From: Octopus vulgaris
Taxonomy: Eukaryota
Direction: 5' to 3'
DNA: 64,000 bases
NCBI GenBank assembly: GCA_951406725.2
Contig: OX597816.1
Span: 127,348,001 to 127,412,000, forward strand
The notes beneath the pieces were generated by a model that saw nothing but the letters and a program-made list of their open reading frames with translations, had not been told where the DNA came from and searched no databases. Of this stretch, positions 1 to 12,716 are shown one piece after another (within the stretch, counting starts at the first letter, position 1; every line of letters starts with the position of its first letter). A program made the translations under genes and the position numbers.

Positions 1-589
1 TGACTTTTATTTCTCCAGAATACTAAGCCTTGGTAAGTGCTAGTAAAGTATAAAGGGTTGCAATACTGTGCTTTTGGTCAATGAAAGAAAATTGATCATA
101 TTATCATATAGAAAAAATATACTTTCTAATATTATAAGGAAAATTTATCAAAATATAACTCAGTAAAACTGAGATAAAACATGCATTATCACTAGATTAC
201 ATTGAGGAATTGCATAAAATAACATTTAAGGAACAGAAAAAGAGGAATTATTCAATAAATCAATCCTGAGTAGTAAAAAGTGAAACAAAAAATGTCCCAT
301 GATCTTTACCAAAGAGTTTGGTCATTGCACTTCTCTAAAGATTCAATGATACAGACAAGTAGTATAGCAGAATTTATTGATTGTCCTCACATATCCAGAT
401 ACAAAGTGTAAGTTAAGCCAATTGGGATGCAGAATCAGTTCACTTAAATCATGCCACCATTCTATAGCACTTAGATGTAAGTAGGCAGATATGTATCAAC
501 TTACTACAAGGTCTGGGAAATATTTATATATCTGGTAGAACTATACACCTTTCCCAAAAAACAGCTGTTAATTTAATGATGGTAATTTT

Positions 590-832
590 GTTTGAGTGTA
601 AAGATGATAAAAATATGGGAAACACAAGCACAAAACCACCCTGTGAGGAGAAGTTGTACCAACAGAAGTGCCACTTCCTATAAACAGAACAGGATTGCAA
701 AGACACAAAGAAAACACAAACTGTGCAAGTCCAGAGACAACTTTTTGCCTTCAATCCCAACAGACTACCGGTGCCCAACACATGGCAGAGCTTTCTGAGC
801 ATGCATCAAACTGGTCAGCCACAGCTGGATAC
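590..832 (+). mobile_element. Degenerate 3' end of an RTE-clade LINE (C-terminal zinc-finger region)
   Basis: Translation WETQAQNHP...RIAKTQRKHKLCKSR...YRCPTHGRAF*ACIKLVSH resembles the RTE C-terminus pattern W..LA.DR..W...R.....KR..RK...CP.CGR.F...IGL.SH; contains a stop codon. Confidence 0.6.
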
Positions 833-902
833 AATATTTTCTTCTCCAAATGATATCCTTGGTTATTGTCAACAATGACAGATGAACTAATAATAATAAT
901 GA

Positions 903-1104
903 TCCTTTCCACTATAAGCACAAGGCCTGAAATTTTGGGGAAGGAGACTAGTTGAATACATCGACCCCAGTGTTTTACTGGTACTAAATTTATCGAACCT
1001 GGAAGAATGAAAGGCACAGTCGATCTTGGCAGAATTTGAACTCAAAATGTAATGACAAGCAAAATACCACTAAGCATTTCGTCCAGTGTGCCAGCTTGCC
1101 ACCT
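903..1104 (-). mobile_element. SINE family A (tRNA-like head plus conserved central domain GCCTTTCATCCTT..GGGGTCGATAAA..AAGTACCAG)
   Basis: Reverse complement shows a B-box-like GAGTTCAAATTC, the central domain and an AGGCCTTGTG..TAGTGGAAAGGAT(ATT)n tail; about 12 related copies in the window. Confidence 0.85.
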
Positions 1105-1107
1105 TCA

Positions 1108-1121
1108 TCATGATGATGATG

Positions 1122-1188
<67 letters not shown>

Positions 1189-1222
1189 AATTATTATTAT
1201 TATAATTATTATTATTATTATT
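1108..1222. repeat. Compound microsatellite (ATG)n-(ATA)n-(TTA)n
   Basis: Read directly; the (AAT)n run switches to its complement (ATT)n near 1170. Confidence 0.95.
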
Positions 1223-1659
1223 TCATAATTTCATTATACAAGAAAAAACATTATTATATCTATTTGTTTCAACATTCTGTAATATTTCTTGTTGGAAAGT
1301 AATAAATAATTATTCATTTTGTTAAAAGTTTTGTCACTGTCAACAGTGGCAAAAATTATTTGGATAGAAGCAAATGATTGAGGAATGAAGGGGAAAGGAA
1401 ACATTTGATTAAAATGTAGAACAATGAAATGGTAAACTAGTAATAGTGAAAAATTGAAACCATCTCCTTATAGTTCTGGCTGTCTGCTATTCAAATGGTT
1501 TTATCATTAGAAGAAATATAAAACAAGATTACACCATTCATGCCACTCCCAAAAGTGTTATCTTGATAAATAAAAAGAAATTACCACAACCAGAGATCAA
1601 AATTGGTATATTGCCTTGGCCCACCAGTGGCTAAACTCTCTTCCATATCATTTAACATA

Positions 1660-2161
1660 ATAAAAAATATATGTGCCCTTTTTAAAGCCTAGCCAGGCTC
1701 ATGGGCCCGGTTTGTATGGCGTATGTATAACCCAGCTGGATGGGATGCCAGTCCATCGCAGCGTTACTCATTTTTGCCAGCTGAGTCGACTGGAGCAACG
1801 TGAAATGAAATGTTTTGCTCAAGAACACAATGCATTGCCCGGACCAGGAATCAAAACCACAACCTTACGATCATGGTGCTGACACCCTAACCACTAAGCT
1901 GCGTACCTCACAAAATATAAATGCACCCTTTTAAAGCCTAGCCAGGCTCATGGGCCCAGTTTCTATGACATATGTGTTCCCCAGCTGGACGAGACGCCAG
2001 TCCATCGCAGTGTTACTCATTTTTGCCAGCTGAGTGGACTGCAGCAATGTGAAATGAAGTGTTTTGCTCAAGAACACAATGCATCGCCCGGTCCAGGAAT
2101 CGAAACCACATTCTTACGATCATGATGCTGACATCTTAACCACTAAGCCACATGCCTCCAC
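1660..2161 (-). mobile_element. Tandem dimer of SINE family D (tRNA head plus CORE-like GTGTTCTTGAGCAAAACACTTCATTTCAC)
   Basis: Two ~240-bp head-to-tail copies (about 1672-1911 and 1919-2160) with A/B boxes TAGTGGTTAG and GGTTTCGATTCC; flanked by direct repeat TCATTTAACATA at 1648-1659 and 2162-2173. Confidence 0.9.
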
Positions 2162-2208
2162 TCATTTAACATAGCTTCTCTAATATTAGTAATGATTTCT
2201 TAAATAAT

Positions 2209-2394
2209 CCTTTCTACTATAGGCACAAGGCTTGACATTTTAGAGGCGGGGGTTAGTTGATTATGTCAACCCTAGTGCATAACTGGTACTTATTTCATTG
2301 ACCTCAGCAGAATTTGAACTCACAACATAAGGACAGATGAAATGCTGCTAAGCATTTTGCTGGCATGCTAACAATTCAGCCAGCTTGTTGCTTT
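2209..2394 (-). mobile_element. SINE family A, internally deleted
   Basis: Same head and tail as 903-1104; flanked by the near-identical direct repeat TAAT(G/A)ATTTCTTAAATAAT. Confidence 0.8.
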
Positions 2395-2427
2395 AATAAT
2401 TTCTTAAATAATAACAACAGATATTGC

Positions 2428-2622
2428 TATCTATGTTATTGCTATGTAGTTCTAGGTCAATCTTAATGAAGCAGATCTGTGGAAAAGTATTCCAAGCATA
2501 TCCATACCAGCTTTCTGTAGGAAAACAATGCCCATACATTTTTAGAAAGACAAAGTGTGATTACAGAGAGATTTGGTCACTTTTGTTTACAGGTGACGAA
2601 GCTTCTTAGGGACTCACTTATT
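2428..2622 (-). mobile_element. Old interspersed repeat, probably a SINE with a (CAA)n-type tail
   Basis: Degenerate similarity to about 16048-16225, 12140-12300 and 62000-62170 (GATTTG..GCT.TTT.T..CAGG motif, TTGTTG end). Confidence 0.5.
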
Positions 2623-2790
2623 GTTAGAATTTTTTGTTATTAAAGAATGGAGAAATAAAAAGTTGTAACATTCATGCCTTACTCAAAACTTGTAATAAAT
2701 GTAAATTAATTCTAGATGGAAACTGAAACTTGGTCAACATTATATTACTTACCATAAATCAACAACTACTTCAATATGAGTAATGGTCAT

Positions 2791-2998
2791 AAGGCACCAT
2801 GCTGGCTGAATCATTAGCATGCTGGGCAAAATACTTAGCAACATTTCATCAATCTTTACATTCTGAGTTCAAATTCCACCAAAGCTGTCTTTGCCTTTCA
2901 TCCTTTCGGGCTTGATAAAACAGTTAAGCACTTGAGTCGATGTAATCGACTAACCTACTCCCCTGATATTGCTAGCCATGTGCTAAAATTTGAAAGCT
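2791..2998 (+). mobile_element. SINE family A
   Basis: GAGTTCAAATTCC B box and GCCTTTCATCCTTTCGGG domain; ~18-bp TSD ATATGAG(T/A)AATGGT(C/A)ATA. Confidence 0.85.
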
Positions 2999-3039
2999 AT
3001 ATGAGAAATGGTAATATTTTTCAAAAATATTTTTTTTAA

Positions 3040-3258
3040 TGGTGGTGAGCTGGCAGAAACGTTAGCAAGCTGGGTAAAATGTTTAGCAGTATTTCATCTG
3101 TCTTTACATTCTGAATTCAAATTCCACTGAGGTCAACTTTGCCTTTCATCCTTACGGGCTCAATAAAATAAATACCAGTTGCATACTGGGGTCGATCAAA
3201 TCGACTGGCCCCCTCCCCAAAAATTTCGGGCCTTGTGCCTAGAGTAGAAAAGAATATT
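3040..3258 (+). mobile_element. SINE family A, full length
   Basis: GGTGGTGAGCTGGCAGAAACGTTAGCA head, central domain, GGCCTTGTGCCTAGAGTAGAAAAGAATATT tail. Confidence 0.9.
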
Positions 3259-3334
3259 AGTCAGTTTCCTTTTATTGCTATTTTTTCTCATTCTCAAGTG
3301 AATTTATAGAATTGCAAAAGATTCAGAAAAAACT

Positions 3335-3510
3335 GACATCTGATATTTTACAGTAGTCCTTTACATTCTAAGTTCAAATCTTGCCAAGAGCAAATTTGTC
3401 TTTCATCCTTCTTGGGTTGGTAAAATAAAGTGCCTGTCAGGTACTGAGTGCAGTTTAATCAACTATACCCTCTCCTAAAATTTGTGGCCTTGTGCCAATA
3501 TTACAACATC
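3335..3510 (+). mobile_element. SINE family A, degenerate
   Basis: AGTTCAAATC...TCTTTCATCCTT..GGG...GATAAAATAAAGT...GGCCTTGTGCC. Confidence 0.7.
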
Positions 3511-4692
3511 ACTATTATTAATGTGTATTCTATATGCTAAGTTTTATTGAATGGAATAATAGACTCTATACATTAATGTCTTTAAGTCAGTCATTAAATT
3601 TAAATCAAAACTGACAGTGTCTTCCTTTTTATTGTTATTTCTTAGTGAATGATATATTTTTTATTTTACTTTACTAGTCTATATCTTTTATTAAGATACA
3701 TCAATTTCTGATTTTTCGCCTTATTTAGCCACCTTAACAATATTATCATTGGTGTAACTATTTATGAAGTTTTTCTTTTTTTCTTTCTCCCCACACACAT
3801 ACACACATCTTGTCTTTGTTATAATTTTCTTGACCATGATTCTGGAGTTTTAATGGGTGAAGCTTCAATCAGTTTGAATAAGCCACTACTGGTGAAATTT
3901 TGATGTCTCTGTCAACTACATTCTAATAAATATTAGATTCTACGCATACATCAAGTCCTTATAACTGTTTGTATATATATGCTTGTGTGTTGTCTGTATA
4001 AACAAAATTAACACTATATCACTATATTTGAAGAAATTTATCTGCATCTCTCTCTCTCTCTCTCTCTCTCCCCTTCCTTATCTCACTTTCTCTGTCTTCA
4101 TTATTATTATCTGCAGAACCAATGTGGACACTGTCTTTTTCACCCAACTCTATAGAAATCTTCCAGCATTGCTACTATCAGGCTAAATTTTTTAAAAATG
4201 CTCACTATAAATGCAGCATTTTTATCTCTCTTTCTTCTATTTAATAATGATAGTTGAATATTTCATCTTTTCCTGAACTGAAGAGAGTCCAATTCGTGAC
4301 CATCATCATCATCATCATCAATTTACATTCATATTTTTTTCATACTGCTGTGAGTTGTTTTATGTTCTTAATCATTTCATATGCACAACAGAAAAAAAAA
4401 ACTGCCCCTCTTTGTTATACATCATTCATTCCCACTTTTCATAAGTTATTAAATATGTCATATTTTTGCTGTAATAGTTCAATTTCATTTTTATATAAAC
4501 TAATGATTGGTTCCAGCTACACAGTTCTTGTTACTGGTTATTGTCAGTTAACTCTGGCTAAATTTGAAAATAATGTGTAGGTGCCACTACTAAATTTGCA
4601 TTTTTATGCCAGCATATTTAATAGATAGGTTCCAGAAGTAGGCTTCATTATAATTGGTATTGGAAGATATATAAAATCTGTAACTATTTGAA

Positions 4693-4877
4693 TTCTTTTA
4701 TTCTTTTACTTGTTTCGGTCATTTCACTGTGGCCATGCTGGAGCACCATCTTATTCTTTGTAACCCTAGCACTTATTCTATTTGTCTCTTTTGTCACATT
4801 GCTAAGTTACGGGGATGTAAACACACTAACATCAGTTGTCAAGTGATATTGGGGGGACAAACACAGACAAACAAACA

Positions 4878-4920
<43 letters not shown>

Positions 4921-5073
4921 GACAGGTTTCTTTCAGTTTCTGTCTACCAAATCCACTCACAAGGCTTTGGTCTGCCTGAGGCTATAGCAGAAGACACTTG
5001 CCCAAAATGCCATGCAGTGAGACTGAACTCAGAACCATGTGGTTGGGAAGCAAGCTTCTCACCACATAGCTGC
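4693..5073 (-). mobile_element. SINE family B (tRNA/CORE-like head, internal (TA)n, tail GGTGCTCCAGCATGGCC..AGT.AAATGAC.GAAACAAGTAAAAGAATA)
   Basis: Matches the copies at 5749-6135, 12717-13165 and 63441-63812. Confidence 0.9.
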
Positions 5074-5748
5074 AGAAATTTTATTTATTTATCTATTTAT
5101 TTCAAGATGAATTAAAAGTAGCTAAATGGTATACTTTGACACATGAAAAACAAAATTTTATTTACAAAATTAAAAGAAATCGAGAAAACTCGTTTACAAA
5201 GTTGATAACTTGGCCATTAGAGTATCATCTTAAACATAAAAAAAAAATCCCACAACTTAAATTGAGGTCAATAAATATCTTCTTTCACAAGATTTAGAAA
5301 TAGTCATTAAATGTCTGCTGATATGAAAAGTGTTTATCAGCTATGACAGAAATATTTGCCTCTGGACAATTGCTCAAGAACTCTAAAAAGTACAATAACT
5401 TGTTGGATTGCAATTAAATTGCGTGATAAATAGCAAATATGACTACAGTTGATGAAAGAATAAAGCTATTTCTTGTCAGAATCCCTTATAAATTGCTGGT
5501 GTCATTCAACTTTGTGGGAATAAAATATTCAACTATTGCACACCACACTGAAAAAGTTGATATTACGTTTGACTTTATGCTAAAAGGTTACGAAAAAGTT
5601 GCTTCATTATATCTCTGTTGCTGCTGGGTTGGCAAGTGCTATGGTCACATTCTGTTAATCTTTAAGTACAATATCAGATAAAAGAAACATGAATTTTTCT
5701 CTGAATTTTTTGTCATTTTTCAAAAATTGTCTGAAGTCATTTCATGTA

Positions 5749-6135
5749 TACTCTTTTACTTGTTTCAATCGTTTGACTGTGGCCATGCTGGAGCACCGCC
5801 TTTAGTCGAGCAAATCGACCCCAGGACTTATTCTTTATAAGCTTAGTACTTATTCTATCGGTCTCTTTTGCCGAACTGATAAGTTACGGGGACATAAACA
5901 CACCAGCATCGGTTGTCAAGTGATGTTGGGGGACAAACACAGACACACACATACATATATATATATACACATATATACGATGGGCTTCTTTCAGTTTCCA
6001 TCTACCAAATCCACTCACAAGGCTTTGGTTGGCCCAAGGCTATAGTAGAAAACACTTGCCCAAGGTGCCACACAATTGGACTGAATCCAGAATCTTGTGG
6101 TTCCTAAGCAAGCTACTTACCACACAGCCACTCCT
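5749..6135 (-). mobile_element. SINE family B, full length
   Basis: Head GGAGTGGCTGTGTGGTAAGTAGCTTGCT, GGCACCTTGGGCAAGTG core, GCGGTGCTCCAGCATGGCCACAG tail. Confidence 0.9.
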
Positions 6136-6492
6136 ATGTTCATGTTTATTATGTTTATGTTCAGTAAACTGACAACTGTGAAATGACAAAGAGGAGCACT
6201 TCTTCAATGCTACAATGATCAGCTAAAGTCAACTCTGAAGCAGACCAGCTTAGATTCCTTTTTGAGACAACTGTAACCAACCATCCCAGTTACTGACACA
6301 ACAAACAACAAAAAAAAAAATAATGTAATATTGTTTGAAAGAGTCAGAATAAAAAAGAGGAGGAGAAACAGTGGCAATGGTAGGCCAGATAGCAGCAATC
6401 ATGACCAACTCTGACATTCACATATGGCCAATGCAATTTTATGTTCTAAGCAAAGATTGACTTCCTTCACCACATTTGCCACCAGCATCTGT

Positions 6493-6708
6493 TACTTTAT
6501 TACACACAAGGGGCTAAACACAGCGGGGACAAACAAGGACAGACAAACGGATTAAGTCGATTACATTAACCCCAGTGCGTAACTGATACTTAATTTATCG
6601 ACCCCGAAAGAATGAAAGGCAAAGTCGACCTCGGCGGAATTTGGACTCAGAACATAATGGCAGATGAAATACTGCTAAGCATTTTGTCCGGCGTGCTAAC
6701 GATTCGGT
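6493..6708 (-). mobile_element. SINE family A, alternative-tail subfamily
   Basis: Family A central domain with tail TTTGTCTGTCCTTGTTTGTCC..TGTGTTTAGCCCCTTGTG, as at 59776-60007; TSD CACCAGCATC at 6480-6489 and 6709-6718. Confidence 0.85.
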
Positions 6709-6997
6709 CACCAGCATCAGTAATTAAAATATTTGTCCAGAATGGAAAACCAATCCTCAGATTTAAGGAAGGAGCTGACAACAATGATGATGATGATGTT
6801 TATTAAAAAACATTAAAGTGGCTATTGAGAATATTTGATAGATATGGGGCTGCTTCTACCCATAAAATATCCTAGACCACATTTTAAAATTGCCACTCTA
6901 TTGAATAGCATGAAGTTGCTTGCCAACAAACACTAACCTCTCACCCACTTATATGCCATCTCCCTCCTTGCCTCTTCTATCACTATTATAATGGCCT

Positions 6998-7096
6998 TAG
7001 CCTGGTGCAGCCATCTGGTTTGCCAGTCCTTAGTCAAATCATTCAACCCATGCTAGCATGGAAAGCAGACGTTAAACGATGATGATGATGGTGATG
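6998..7096 (+). mobile_element. Short 3' terminal fragment of the RTE LINE family
   Basis: CAACCCATGCTAGCATGGAAAGCAGACGTTAAAC(GAT)n matches the 3' end of the RTE copies at 40781 and 56971. Confidence 0.8.
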
Positions 7097-8744
7097 AAGC
7101 CAGTTTTGTACTTCTTACACCCAGCTCTTTTCAGCTTACTCATTTTTCCTTTCATCACTCATATTATTCCCTCACCCAGGTTCTGCATTAACCACTTCTT
7201 TCAGTTCCTCCTCAGCATGGAATCCCAGCCCTATGCTCATGCTATTCTTACAGTTTTTACAGAGGAACACCAACTATGACAATATTACTGGACTTGAAGG
7301 GTCTTAAAATCCATAGACACAACTCCTTTTTTAGGCTAGTCCATTGAAAGAAATATAACTACAATTTTAAAGCATATAACCACAGCAAAAATATTGGTTT
7401 CATTAATGTTTTAATGTTTAATTTCAGAACAGGTAACATCTGTTCTATCTAAACTATAATCAGATAGAATCCTTGAAATTAAGGAAGAGTTTCTAAATGT
7501 CTTCATACTACATTCACATGAATTAAAATGTATTGTAAATTTGTTGACAAAGATATCACCAAATGTGTTACTTAAAACGGGGAATCATTTCTTCAATCAT
7601 TTGGCTGAGGTTAACAAAAGATTAAATTTTACTCTTGAATTTTACCATATCGGTGTTGTTACTTGAAATTTAGCACAGTAATTTCACGTAGAAAATTATT
7701 TATATCTAATGAGCTAGTGATTTATTTTAATCAAGATTCACATTTAATTAAGAATCTTGACAGAAAATATTTCTTTGCCAGTATCATTACACTGATTAAA
7801 CGAGGAAAAAATAACATTAATTCAAATTTGAAACAGATATATAATGGGTTTTAATTTTCTTTTTTTTTTTTTTGATATATCAGAAAACTTACACAAGAAT
7901 GTTTTAGTAAGTCAACAGTCTCAGAAGTTGGCTAATAATTAAATACAAATACACAGCTTCATTATTTTCTGTCATTGCCTGAAATAAATTCATAATGATT
8001 TTTCATTTGATAAAATAAGGACAACTATTTGAATCATGAAATAAAAATATCTTGGAAAAGTTACATAAAAGTTATAGAGAATTACCATAATTCTTCTCCA
8101 AATGCTTCAGATCTTTTCACCAAATACCACAATTGTTCACCAAATGCTTTAATGCTTCTGTGTTAATAAATGTTTCCTAGAGAGCATGCATTTTTGCTCT
8201 GATCATGTCTGGGAGTAAGATATAAGCAATGAAACAGTTTTATTTCCAATGTGTATTATAAACCAGATATGAAATGCTATCTTTTTTTTTCTTCTCAAAA
8301 TTCATAAATGAGATCATAAAATATTGTAAGAATCAATACTAAATAAATCAGATCTCAGACATTGTTGGTAGAAATTTAGGTTAATGTTCTGTTTGATGGT
8401 TTCATTTTGGCCTTCATTCAAAGTTATGAAGGCTAACATGGAGAAAGTAGCATATCATAACTCAGGTTTTGAAAAAAATTTGAAATATTTATGACAAGTG
8501 AAATATTTCTGAGAAAAAAAAAATGAAGAGAAATTTTGAGGGATCAGTGTTTTACAATATTGAAAATAGGAAGCTGCCAAAATAGATTATACATGCCAAT
8601 TACTAACATAAAATAGAACTTTTTGTTTGAAATTATATTCTAATAGAACCAGAATTTGTCTTGATGGAACTGATTGAAAAATAGAATTCAGTTCTCTTTC
8701 ATTTCTATATTCGATTAGAAACACACACACATATATATGGTTGG

Positions 8745-9250
8745 GTGCTATACACATAGAGGCAAAATCTATGCTCTTACAATGTTTGTTTATTTTATCC
8801 TCTACAATAATGTCTGGTTTTCTTGCCTTAATAGTATGGTCAGCCTGTATGGCAAAGTCCCACAAGATCTTGTACTTCTCATTTTCTAACACATTTCCTA
8901 TTCGTGTTTATACCACTTTTCTGTTGCTTTGAAGCCACAAACTTGGCTAAGATTCCAATGCACACTTTGGCCTACATGGTCATGTCTGCACTTATACTCA
9001 TTTTGTGATAGTATATTGCACTCACTTAAAATGTAATTGATACTCTCATCTCCCTTCTTGCAGATTCTACATTTACTGTCTGACTGAGTTTTGTCAAACT
9101 TTGCCTTTATCAGGTTTGTTGTAATGGCTTGTTCCTGAGTGACTATAATTAACACTTCTGTTTCTCATTTCAAATTTCCATCTGTCAACCAGAGCCAGTG
9201 ATCTACACTTCCAACATTCTCAGTTTGTTGCATGAATTAGCCTTGCAGTT
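8745..9250 (-). mobile_element. R4/Dong-clade non-LTR retrotransposon remnant (CCHC finger plus restriction-like endonuclease)
   Basis: W.WLTDGNLK*ETE..I..QEQAITTN...KCRICKKGDESINYILSEC...YKCRHDHV...KILWDF.IQ.D..IKARKPDIIV...IDFA, the characteristic RLE-clade C-terminus. Stops present; possibly related sequence continues to about 9850. Confidence 0.85.
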
Positions 9251-9887
9251 CCATTGTGTCTTCCATTTCTCATTTAAATTCTTGTAACCAGTCTGCTTTT
9301 ACATTATGTTGGACTTCTTTGCACCAGATTTTTGCCCAGAATTTTCTTGATGTTTCAGCATCTGGCATATCATTTTTCTGATGCTTTTCAATTGTTTATA
9401 GCATTTTCTTTCATTGTTGTTGAAGTGTCTGTTCTGGTACTGATTTATTTTCTGGTTTTTCTGCCTGTCACTGCTTTGATTTGTTGTTTTAGTTCCTCTT
9501 TACCTACTTGCGGTCCTTGGTGAGGTGCTGCCAGCCAAGGCTAAAGTAATCCTTTTCCCTCTGTGGTAGATTTAAACGGATGAAAATGTTCTCTGCCAGA
9601 TTTATTCTCAGGGTATTCATTATGATTATTACTGCTGTTCTAAGTGCTTATGGCTTCATCAGCAAAACTAATAAAGAAATGTCATTTGGATGGCTGTTGA
9701 CTCCTTAGAGTTCATCTGCCCTTAGACATGTCTTCTTTTTCCTTCTGCAGGGTAACCAAATAGAAAAAAAACCCTCCTCACAGTGCAAACTCTGTGGGAT
9801 AGCCAATATAGTCACTGATGGCCCAAACTTTGTGATTTAGTTATGATAGTGGCAAGGGACAAGTGTCATGTGCTAGGTAAATAAAAT

Positions 9888-10066
9888 GATTTAGCATGCT
9901 GGGTGAAATGCTAAGTTTTATTTCACCCATCACTACGTTCTGAGCTTAATTCCACCAATTCCACTTTGCGTTTCATCCTTTCAGGGTCGATGAATTAATT
10001 ACCGGTGAAACACTGGGATCGATGTAATCGACTAGTCCCCTCCCCCTAAATTTCAGGCCTTGTGCC

Positions 10067-10068
<2 letters not shown>
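9888..10068 (+). mobile_element. SINE family A
   Basis: Central domain and AGGCCTTGTGCCT tail running into (ATT)n. Confidence 0.85.
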
Positions 10069-10097
<29 letters not shown>

Positions 10098-10101
10098 GTT
10101 A

Positions 10102-10135
<34 letters not shown>

Positions 10136-10138
10136 GAT

Positions 10139-10189
<51 letters not shown>

Positions 10190-10204
10190 CATTATTATTA
10201 TTAT
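10067..10204. repeat. (ATT)n microsatellite
   Basis: Read directly. Confidence 0.95.
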
Positions 10205-10314
10205 GGTGATAGGATGAGCATTAGCAATAGGAAGAGATTATGGCCATAAAAAATCTGCCTCCTCAAATTCTATCTGACTCATGTGAGCATGGAAAAGTAG
10301 TCATGAGAACGCTA

Positions 10315-10778
10315 TTCTCTTATGTGTTGCAGCCCAAAGACTGCAGCCATGCTGGGGAACCACCAGTATTTTTTAAGTCTTTTGCCATAATGTATGTTCA
10401 TCTGAAACCTTGGACAGCAGGAGGTCAAGTTCTTTCTTGAAAACATCTGCCCTCTCCATGGAGATCTCTCATATGTTTTGGCAAAATATTAAATAGCCAT
10501 GACCTTTGAAACTCAAACTATTGCAATACATTCTAGACCTGATGAGTGGGATCTTTGGAACAGTGTAGTGACATACAGTTCAGGGCCCTCACAATGCCAA
10601 AATTTGGTGCCAACCCTTCTAGGATCTTCCATATTTATATCATCACATATTTCTTCTTCATTCTAGGGAGTACAGAAGTAACTCTTTCAGTCTTTTCCAG
10701 TAGCTCAGCTGTTCCATTGATGCAATCTTCCTGGTGTAGCCCCGTTGAACTACGTCAAGTTCTGCTATTTATTCAACA
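10315..10778 (-). mobile_element. 3' fragment of a CR1/L2-type LINE (same family as 32850-35145)
   Basis: Minus-strand translation IAELDVVQRGYTRKIASMEQLSYWKRLKELLLYSLE...IWKILEGLAPNFGI...LFNILPKHMRDLHG parallels the 34600-34920 translation; ends in GGTGGTTCCCCAGCATGGCTGCAG. Confidence 0.85.
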
Positions 10779-11660
10779 TGTACACACATACAAACAAACA
10801 AGCAAACATACATATAAAAGAGTTCATACTGTGGCATCTGTACCTTCTGCCAGCCAGCACAGCTGTGCATTATGCAATAGAATGTGTAAATTTTTCACCA
10901 GGCTCATGAGTCATACAAGGGACTCACATCGCTTCATCTATGACTCATTTCAGTGACCCTTTCTAGCAATGACTTTGCTCGTATACAAGAAAGTAGCTAC
11001 TACTACTACACACACACATATTCAGGTTAAAAGTAAAACGATAAAATTCTTTTAATAAACACAAACCTGAAATGAAGAACGTGAAAACTGACACTGAAAA
11101 TTGTTGGAATGAGTCTATGAAAGTATTTAGCATCTTTAGCCTTAAAAACAGTTTTGTCATCAGCACACCTTAATTTTTGTGCACAGATAAGTGTTCACTC
11201 CTAACCTTAACCTATAAAACCAAAGTTTATTAATGTGAAATATTGTATGCAAATATATATTGCATAACTATAAAATATATATATTAATTTTTTTCAATAA
11301 TGGAAAATTACTAAATACTGAAGTGATAATAAATATGTTAAGAATAGTACATGATATAGAAAATAAGATTGATGAGGGTAAAAAATTAACAAATTAATTT
11401 CTAATTTATCTTTAAACCACTTTATAGATTATTTGTGCGATTTTTATGAAAGTTTCTAGCAGAATGATTGACAAAACAGTCCAAGTATTGTAGATAAAAG
11501 GTTTGTTTGAATTTTATAGTAGCTGGTATTACTTCTGATGAGTTGGAAATAAAATATAATTAAGCATGAAGCCAGACAGAAAGTTGAATTGTGTGTGTTA
11601 GTAAGTTGTTTATGAATTTTATAAAAGAAATGGTTTTATATCTGTTGTATATTAAATTGG

Positions 11661-11945
11661 TAGGCACAGTGTCATCAATAGTTAAGAAGTTCGCTTTTAA
11701 ACCATGAAGTCCCAGGTTGAATCTCACTGTATGGTGTTATGATGTCTTAGATATATATCATTTTCTAGGTCATCCCATACCTGCCAATGAAATTAGGTTT
11801 ACAGAAACAGAGTAGAAGGCTGTCAAGTGGATTGTACTTGTAATTAAAAAGGTACAGCCTTATTTTACATTGTGTCATACTTATTTTGTCTGAGAATTAC
11901 AGTAAGAGTACACATGTCTGTGGAATGTTCAGCCACCTACATATT
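11661..11945 (+). mobile_element. Degenerate SINE with a family B-type head
   Basis: GTTAAGAAGTTCGCTTTTAAACCATG..GTCCCAGGTTGAATCTCACTG head similar to family B. Confidence 0.55.
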
Positions 11946-12135
11946 GGTTTTAAATTTTTGTACGAGACCAGCAATTTTGGAGGAGGGGCAAGTCAATTAA
12001 ATTGACCCCAGTGCTCAACTGGTACTTATTTTATCAAACCTGAAAGGATGAAAGTCAAAGTCCACCCTCGAAGAATTTAACTTAGAATGTAAAGTCAGAT
12101 GAAATACCAATAAGCATTTTGCCCAGTATGCACAA
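11945..12135 (-). mobile_element. SINE family A
   Basis: ACTGGTACTTATTTTATC..CCTGAAAGGATGAAAG is the reverse complement of the central domain. Confidence 0.8.
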
Positions 12136-12716
12136 AGCATCCCATATTTCTTCAGACATATTGTTCCTAAGACTACATTATTCAACTTGTCACTCATTTC
12201 TCAATGAGGTAGGGTGTAAATACAATGATATTCAACTTCTGTCTCAAGCAGATTAAACAAATGCTTAGAGGCTCTGCCATTCAGTCATGCTTGTGCATAT
12301 GGAGCATGAATGAACCTTCTAACATTTTAAAGATGTATTCATTACAAGGACAATCTCATATTTCAAGCCAGAAAATAACGTTATTTTTATCATTATATGA
12401 GTACTGTAACAATCCATTCATCCACCCATTCTGGTTTCAGTGATATAAATTTTTATCTTTATAATTTTAGATTCAATCAGTGTAGCCTTAAGGTTCTATG
12501 ACAAGACAGCCAACTAGCCCAAATGTTCCCCATAACACTAAGCTACATTCCAGACTCACATTTGAGAGCTTTATATTTGCAAACAGAAAGCAACTACAAA
12601 TAACTTCCTCCAATAAATGATTACTGAATTTCCAAAAATATTCAGCTTTCAAATAAATGTATACATAGAAATGCTCGTCTTTAAAACAAATCCTCATACC
12701 ACACACAAAAAAAAAG

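Noticed and set aside
7893-7978. Minus-strand exon candidate with a good acceptor (TTTATTTCAG) and donor (GTAAGT)
   Set aside because: All three frames contain stops; it could only be non-coding and has no other support.
8082-8160. Minus-strand peptide SIKAFGEQLWYLVKRSEAFGEELW with an internal repeat and KR site, neuropeptide-like
   Set aside because: Explained by a 25-bp local duplication; the acceptor is weak and there is no signal peptide or further exon.
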